DNA from: the human T2T-CHM13v2.0 reference genome, Homo sapiens
Length of the DNA stretch: 64,000 bases
Assembly: GCF_009914755.1 (NCBI RefSeq)
Contig: NC_060933.1
Direction: 5' to 3' (one strand)
The notes under the pieces were generated by a model. It worked only from the letters and a program-made list of their open reading frames with translations. It had not been told where the DNA came from and did no database searches. Of the stretch, positions 63,030 through 64,000 are shown one piece after another; within the stretch, counting starts at the first letter, position 1; each line of letters starts with the position of its first letter. Made by a program: the position numbers and the translations under genes.

Positions 63030-64000
63030 TTATTGGCACTTGGGAACATCAACAAACCCCAAATAAGATAAATGCAATGAGATCCACAAACAAAAACACT
63101 GTAGTGAAAATGCTGAAAGTCAAGGACAAGGAGAAAGTCTTAAAAGCAGAAATAGAAAAATAGCCCATTACTTACAAGGGAACCCCAATAAGATTAACAG
63201 GTGACTTCTCAGCAGAAACAAAAGATCCCAGAAAAACATGGGAAAACATATTCAAAGTGCTCAAAAGTTGTCAACCAAGAATCCCATATCCCCCAAAACT
63301 ACCTTTCAAAAATGAAGGTGAAATAAAGACTTTCCCAGAAGAACAAAAACTGAATTTGTTGCTAGAAAACCCACTTTGCAAAAAAAAGTGAATTAATACC
63401 AGAAGGTAATTTGAATCCACACAATAAAAGAACACTGATAATTATGTAATTATAAATGCACATTTTTTCTCTCTTATTCTCATAACTGACATAAAAATGA
63501 ATTGCATAAAATGATATGTACACACTGTACTGTTGGGCCTATAACATATAGAAAGGAATAAGATATGTAAATATATTTGCCAAACACAGTGCAAATGAGT
63601 TAAACAGCCAAGCTGTATTGGGCTAAGGAAGTAACTACACATGTTAAAGTAATAATTAAAACATTGTTGAATTCATAACATTGAGAGGTAATATGTATAA
63701 CAATAATGTCACAAAAAAAGGAAGAGAAGGGAATAAAGCTATGCAGATGATCCATAACTTATGAAGGTTAGACTTACAATTTTTTGACTTTACAATGATA
63801 TGAAAGTGATACACAGTCAGTAGAAGCCATACTCCAAATTTTGAATTTTGCTCTTTTCCCAGGCTACTGATATGTGATACCATAACTACTGATAAAACAA
63901 CTAGAAAAAAGATCGAGAAAATAGAACACTTGAATAACACTATAACCAAGCAGACCTAACAGACATCTATAGAACTCTCCACCCAACAACAGAACATACA
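63030..64000 (+). mobile_element. Old L1M ORF1/ORF2 fragments with a Tigger (MER47-like) fragment at about 63745-63883
   Basis: ccaataagattaacaggtgacttctcagcagaaac (ORF1); gacctaacagacatctatagaactctccaccc (EN); cagatgatcc..acttatgaaggttagacttacaatttt (Tigger). Confidence 0.7.

Overview
Primate (most likely human) genomic DNA lying inside the Fanconi anemia group C gene, FANCC, on the minus strand. Three exons can be read directly. They are the first coding exon (34591-34833, ATG at 34755, [10 protein letters not shown]...ALKEM), an 85-nt exon (32896-32980) and a 95-nt exon (26112-26206). All have GT-AG boundaries and splice in frame to FANCC residues 1-115. Exon numbers 2-4 follow the standard FANCC model from memory; the non-coding first exon and exon 5 fall outside the window. 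The rest is long intron dominated by interspersed repeats: about 20 Alus, a full-length but disrupted L1PA7-like element, truncated L1s, L2/MIR relics, solo LTRs (LTR12, MER61-like, MST, MLT, LTR40, LTR16, an internally deleted HERV-K LTR5) and DNA transposons (MER44, MER75, MER20, MER1, Charlie). Nearly all ORF-track entries other than the FANCC exon and L1 fragments are spurious. I see no new multi-gene system. The best leads are: (1) a perfect 47-bp hairpin templated at the 5' junction of an Alu; (2) an intact ORF0-like frame and splice donor in the L1 5'UTR pointing at FANCC exon 2; (3) an AG|GT recursive-splice-like site beside a UG repeat; (4) an out-of-frame uORF overlapping the FANCC start; (5) a 98-bp direct duplication flanking exon 4; (6) sense-oriented LTR12 and deleted LTR5. 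Repeat subfamily names come from recalled consensus sequences, not from a RepeatMasker run, and edges of old repeats are approximate.
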